From Welwitschia mirabilis (lineage: Eukaryota): a DNA stretch of 45,592 nt. Below the pieces are notes generated by a model. It ran no database searches. It was not told the DNA's origin and was given only the letters and a program-made list of their open reading frames with translations. Shown piece after piece: positions 40,400 through 45,592 of this stretch. Position numbers and translations under genes: made by a program. The stretch covers positions 41,801,335-41,846,926 of the forward strand of contig JBOZIK010000001.1 in assembly GCA_051453625.1 (NCBI GenBank), written 5' to 3'. Within the stretch, counting starts at the first letter, position 1; each line of letters opens with the position of its first letter.

Positions 40400-41290
40400 T
40401 TACTGACAAATTTCAAGATGAAGGCTAATTCCCTCCTGGATTAGGCAGCATTGTTAGCTTTCTCCTAAAGAGAAAAGGTAGCAGGGAAAGATTAATACCT
40501 ATAGGACCACTATGGCACTATTATATACAAGCAAATATCTTAGAAGGCCAAACTAAATTGGTTAAATTCAAATGGAATCTTATGTGCTGTTTACACCCTA
40601 ACACACACTATGAACTTAGTGTAAAAACTTTAAGAGAACTCTAAATATCCAGGAGAGATTGTTAGTAGTTTGAAATACAGAGATTATGTCTTTGGACTTT
40701 TTAGCATTTTGGAAAATGTGATGTTATGGATTAAAGATAAGAAATAATCAAGGAAAATAAAAGATTAAAATAAGGATAAATTTCAATGAAAGAAACACAT
40801 GATAATTTAGAGGATGAAGCAAAACAATGGAATTTAGAAATAGGATCTATGCAGCATCGAATTTTGATAATAGAAATTATCTTCCACCAAAGGTTAGGGA
40901 GCAAATACTTTCATATCTGTGTTTGAAGTTTGAGTAGATTAAATCTAAAGCAGAAGGTCATTGAAGGACTTCCTAAATTTGATAGAAATACTTATGTAAA
41001 ACCTCATTTAAGAGGCATGTCTCCATCCTCTAAGTGTAATGAACTTAGATAAAAGCCATGGCACTTTGGAAAGACTCCATTCTTCAATAAGAAATCACAA
41101 AGTGTGAAAAGTTTGAATGGTGTATTACATGATGACAAGAAGAACCAAGTTAAGTTGGTGATCAGGGATGGCCTTTTGACTAATGATAACATTATGACAA
41201 ATGCAGTTTGGGATATAACTTATCAAAGCATATGCACTGTTAGATTCTGCATTTTGGGATATAACATTGTGACAAAAGCTATATTTTGAA
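40400..41290 (+). pseudogene. Decayed L1-type LINE ORF2 scraps
   Basis: PKEKR*QGKINTYR..IIYKQIS (RT N-terminal motif) at ~40465-40540 and LVIRDGLLTNDNI (zf-RVT-like) at ~41155-41195. Confidence 0.4.
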
Positions 41291-42479
41291 CGTTAATGAA
41301 GTTTCAGGATTTTTCCTAAGTTTGTTAGATTCTGCATCCCACTTTCTTAAGCCACTGTAAACATTCATGGAGTTGAGAGTCTGATGTTCTGACACCAGTT
41401 TTAGGAAAGCAGATTTTGGAATTGGGTTGCATAGCCCTTTCTTTGGATACTGTCTTTATATGCACTGTGTAAACAAGGGAATCCCCTATTCAAAGATAAC
41501 ACTTGCATTAACAATAGGTCAAATTGATAAGTATTAACTGTAGTGTAGAATGCATATAACAAAACGTTACATCTCAGAAATTGGACAAATTGTAAAACAT
41601 TGTGGCTGAAATGACTTTTCTTTCCTCATTCCACATGTGCTTCTTGAAGACTGGCTTTCACATACAAGGGTGATTGGCAAGTATATTGTCAGAACAACAT
41701 GTCCACATTTACAGGACCCTTATTAGATGTCTCTCCATGCTCTTATTTTCAGATTCTTTTGGTTATGGGTCTCATGTTTTTTTAAGATTCTTTTTGCAGG
41801 TAATACTTCATTGAAAGACGTAAGCAAAATGGATCAACCTTTGCATGCCATGAAATTACTGCTTGGAACCAGTATTTCATAATCAGGTACTACTTACTTA
41901 TCAATTGAATTCTTCCATAGTATACTAAATGTGTAATATACTACATTTGGGCATCATTTAATTCATAATTAACATTTTCTTTATCTTAGCTTTCTTTTTT
42001 GGTTAATCAATAGCATTTATTTATCTTTATGAATATGCTAAAATTACATGAATTATTTTTCATTCATAATATATGTTTTGTCAATCATTTGAATTGATAC
42101 TACAATTTACAATTGTTTCTCACTCACTTGGTTGCATAAAAAGTCTAGAATCATCTAAAGGAACTTAACTATACAATCATTCTAATAAGAAAATCATTTT
42201 CCCCCTCTTGTTCCTATTTAACCTCTTTTATAGGACCTCCTTCCTTTTAGCCTAAAGGATGCTCTTAGTATTTGATAATAAACTCTTTGGTACTTTGCTG
42301 GCTCTGCAATTTTCACTTCTGTGTGTCAGTATTCAATTTTCGAGCTATCCTTGGATTTCTTTCCACACAAACTTACCAAAAAACCTCTAACAAAGGATTA
42401 AATCATGATTTAGGGATGTGCTAACGCATCATAAGGATGTTTATTTTATTATTATAATTATTTTTTTTTCTAGATGACA

Positions 42480-42862
42480 TCTTTTAAGGTGTTTATTGGA
42501 TAAAATGCCACAAAATGGCTTTTGAGGCATTTATAAAAATGAACACCTCAAAATGGATTGAAGGCCTTTATTTAAAAATTGCTCAAAAGGTCTTAGGATG
42601 CATTTCTTTAGAGAAATGCCTCAAAAGTCCTATTAAGGCATTTCTTCAAAATAATGCCTCAAAAGCCTTTTATGCCACTTCTTAAAATAGTGCCTCAAAA
42701 GGCCTTTTAAGGCATTTTTATTAAGATGCCTCAGAAACTCCTTAAAAGGCAAGGTTTTTTAAAGCTTTTTGTGAAGAAATGCCTTAAAAACTTTGAAGGT
42801 TTTTTTTAAAGACCTTTTAAGGCATTTTTAAAATGCCTTAAAAGCCTATATTTATTATAGTA
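42480..42862. repeat. Right subterminal repeat array and TIR of the CACTA
   Basis: Many direct and inverted copies of AATGCCT(C/T)AAAA / TTTT(A/G)AGGCATTT, ending in TATTTATTATAGTA. Confidence 0.88.
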
Positions 42863-45592
42863 ATAGCTATAGTAACTATGATAGTAACTTGCTAAAGCAA
42901 TCCTACTAAAGCAACTCTAATATAATAACATGCTAGAATAACTTGGTATCATTCAAGGTGTTATCTTGATTGTTGTCCTGGATGTCATCTAGATGATCAG
43001 ATGGATGACAGCTACAGTAACTACTACAATAACTTGCTATAGTAACCCTACTAAAGTAACTTTGCTAGAGTAATTTTGCTATAATAACTTGCTATAGATG
43101 ATGAATTTTTTCATTCAAATCATTTCTAGCCATCATCTATTTATTTAAGATTAACTTATTAGATTTTAAAGCATTAGAAATAACTTTAAAAGCATTCAAA
43201 TTAATGTAAATGGTATCATTTTCCATTATTGTCTCCTCGTATGGATGTTAGAAGTCTATCATAAGTACCTTGAATGGAACATGTCTCAAAAATAATCCAT
43301 AAATGATTAGAAATGTTAGAAACTATTATTTCTTAATTATCATGAAGGTTAGAATACTTTTATTATTAAATGATTAAAAACCTATTCAAATAAATCTAAA
43401 ACATACTTTAAAAATGATGTTAAATATTGTTAATTTAACTCACAACATAGTTCCTTACTAAATATTTGTTAGCCTTTAACAAAGAAAGTAGAGATGAATA
43501 GAATAAGCCAAATTGGAAAAAGGATGAAACATAACACTTAAGCATAAATGATCTTACATTATCAAATATAGAGTGCATATCAAAAAGATATTTCAATTAA
43601 ACATCATGAGAAATATATGCATTAAATTTAGAATCATGGTTTTAGTTCTATAAAAAACATATTTCTAATAAACATATTTGTTTTAATAAAGCCAATCTTT
43701 TGATGATTCTAAAGATTCCACCCGTATGAAGTAGATAAAATTATCATGAACTTTAAGTAAGTTTAAATGTGATGATTAGAAGGAATAAGATAAAAGTTTT
43801 GAGGGATGTAAAATAAAAATTAAAAGCCAAGAAGGCAAAAAACACATCAAAATAAAATTAAAAAGGAAAATAAAATAAACAAAAATAAGCTAAGGCATTA
43901 TGAAAACAAACACTAAACTATCTAGATCGTAAATTCTATCCTCTCAAAACCTAATACTTTATTTGAAAGAATAGAAAATGTAAATATTTTTTAAAATATC
44001 AAATTTATTTCTCTAATTCTTTGATCCTATTCTAAATAAAGAAACTATAATTAACAACTTTGAAATTATCTAACTTAATAAATAGACATAAACACATTGT
44101 ATTAGAACATACTCTACTTAAATTTTATTACTTATTAATAGTCTCTCATTTTATATTAAAGATACATGATTCTTGATCAATAAAACGTTATAGTTTTTTA
44201 TGAATAGAATAAATGAAAATGATAATGTATTAATTAAAATTGACATATCATAGCTATAATCTCAAGCATCAATTTAAAATATGTCTACAAATTAATAATA
44301 CTTAATAATGTAATAATCATAACACTCTTTAAAGTGTACTTATTTTTACCTTGAGTTCCTCCCATTACAGAGTGTTCATTTTTAAACCATTGATCTTTCT
44401 TTTATCACAAGCGATAGGATCCATTAGACAAGACATAGGTCATTAAGTAACTTTGCTCCTAGTGTGGTAATCCCTAAAATTGTTTAGAAGTAATTATCAA
44501 AGTTCATTTATAATATAAATTGATATTTCATTTTTATTTAAAACTTATTTTTATTTTCCTTTTTCTCTTTCTATATATATATATATTCCACAAATATGAA
44601 AAGATACTTATGCATTATCAAACTACTAATAACTTGTAGCCTTAATAAGAATGAAGTTGATAAGGAGACAAAACATATAATATAAACAAACTAATTAAGC
44701 ATATTTTCCTCTTCTAGAATGAGAGTTCATAGGAATTTAAATGTCTTTCAATTGGCTAAAATCTAATTAATCATTTATATACTATAAAAACCTAGAATAA
44801 TTATACATACTATATGATTAAAAACTTAAAGTCAGGTTAATAGATGTTGGAAAAAAGAAACTATCTAAAAAATTACATTCACATAAGCATAAGTAATGGA
44901 CATATCTTCAAGAAAAGAGGCTTCACTATATTAATTACTATAAGTAGAATGTAGTTTCTTTACTTTACATTTGTCCCTATGCCAAAAAAAAAAAAAAGTT
45001 TAAAATATAGTTATTACATTATACTTGTTCAAAAAAATAAGGATCAAACCATATAGAAACCAATTGATAGACAATGAAAGGTATATGATCATTTTTGAAT
45101 AGAAGAAATTATTGGCAACAAAAATATAATGATAAAAACTTGATAGAAAAAAATTTATAATCTAAATAAGAGATGAATAATTGATAAATTTCATTCAAAC
45201 ATGGTCTCTTATTAAATTGATGAAAAATATAATTATCATTTCATGATTCATTGATGGCACTACTCAAAGAATAGATCCAACAAATATTAGAAGGCTTCTT
45301 AGGATGATTGATTAGGGTATATTTGATAAGACTAAGAAGTTCCATAAGATTCAACTTAAAACATGGATTCTCATCAATAAGATTAGGCCTTCCCTAATTT
45401 AATACTCTAAGGAATCCTAAATCACATTTTTCAAAATTAGGAGGTAATGTGGCATTATGGGTATAAGAAAGAATTGCATTTTGATTTTCACTAGGAAGCA
45501 TGAGTGAAAGAGATGGAGAAATATTTTTAATTGGATTAGACTCTTCAAGTTTAATTACTTTATGAGATGTAAGAAGTCTATCCCTTATTTGG
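42863..45592 (-). mobile_element. Internal region of a second, inverted copy of the Athila-like family seen at 7248-12700
   Basis: The reverse complement of ~45030-45520 aligns by eye with ~10003-10500 (e.g. TTGGATC(C/T)ATTCTTTGAGTAGT, AATGAAATTTATCA..TTCATCTCTTATTTAGATTAT). GTCATCTAGATGA motif at ~42985 is shared. Confidence 0.65.

Larger units (their letters stand above)
30801..42862. mobile_element. Non-autonomous CACTA (En/Spm) element with captured host-gene fragments (Pack-CACTA-like)
   Basis: Left end CACTATAAGAAATA; right end TATTTATTATAGTA (rc TACTATAATAAATA, 12/14). Both ends carry arrays of AATGCCT(T/C)AA / TT(A/G)AGGCATT subterminal repeats. Flanks CTA/ATA match 2/3. No transposase recognised inside. 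Confidence 0.8.

Overview
AT-rich plant nuclear DNA with seven N-gaps. It is almost entirely nested, decayed transposable elements, and I can support no intact host gene. Left to right it contains: a Sirevirus (SIRE)-like gag plus 5' LTR (-); a SIRE-like solo LTR with TSD; a non-autonomous Athila-like element; a structurally complete but dead Tnt1/Tork-type Copia element (13919-18544, LTRs, PBS, PPT, TSD); a decayed Gypsy integrase; a SIRE 3' half with env-like ORF; a mosaic plastid insertion (ycf2, rps19-rpl22, rrn23 sliver); and a second SIRE gag-pol. The most notable feature is a ~12 kb CACTA-ended, transposase-less element (30801-42862). It carries fragments of at least three host genes (PMIR1, DEAH11/12-type helicase, aldo-keto reductase), including an in-frame DEAH11-AKR junction with retained introns, plus a nested hAT-like MITE and LINE scraps. 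The window ends in an inverted second copy of the Athila-like family. All protein identities are from recalled motifs, not database searches, and boundaries of decayed features are approximate.
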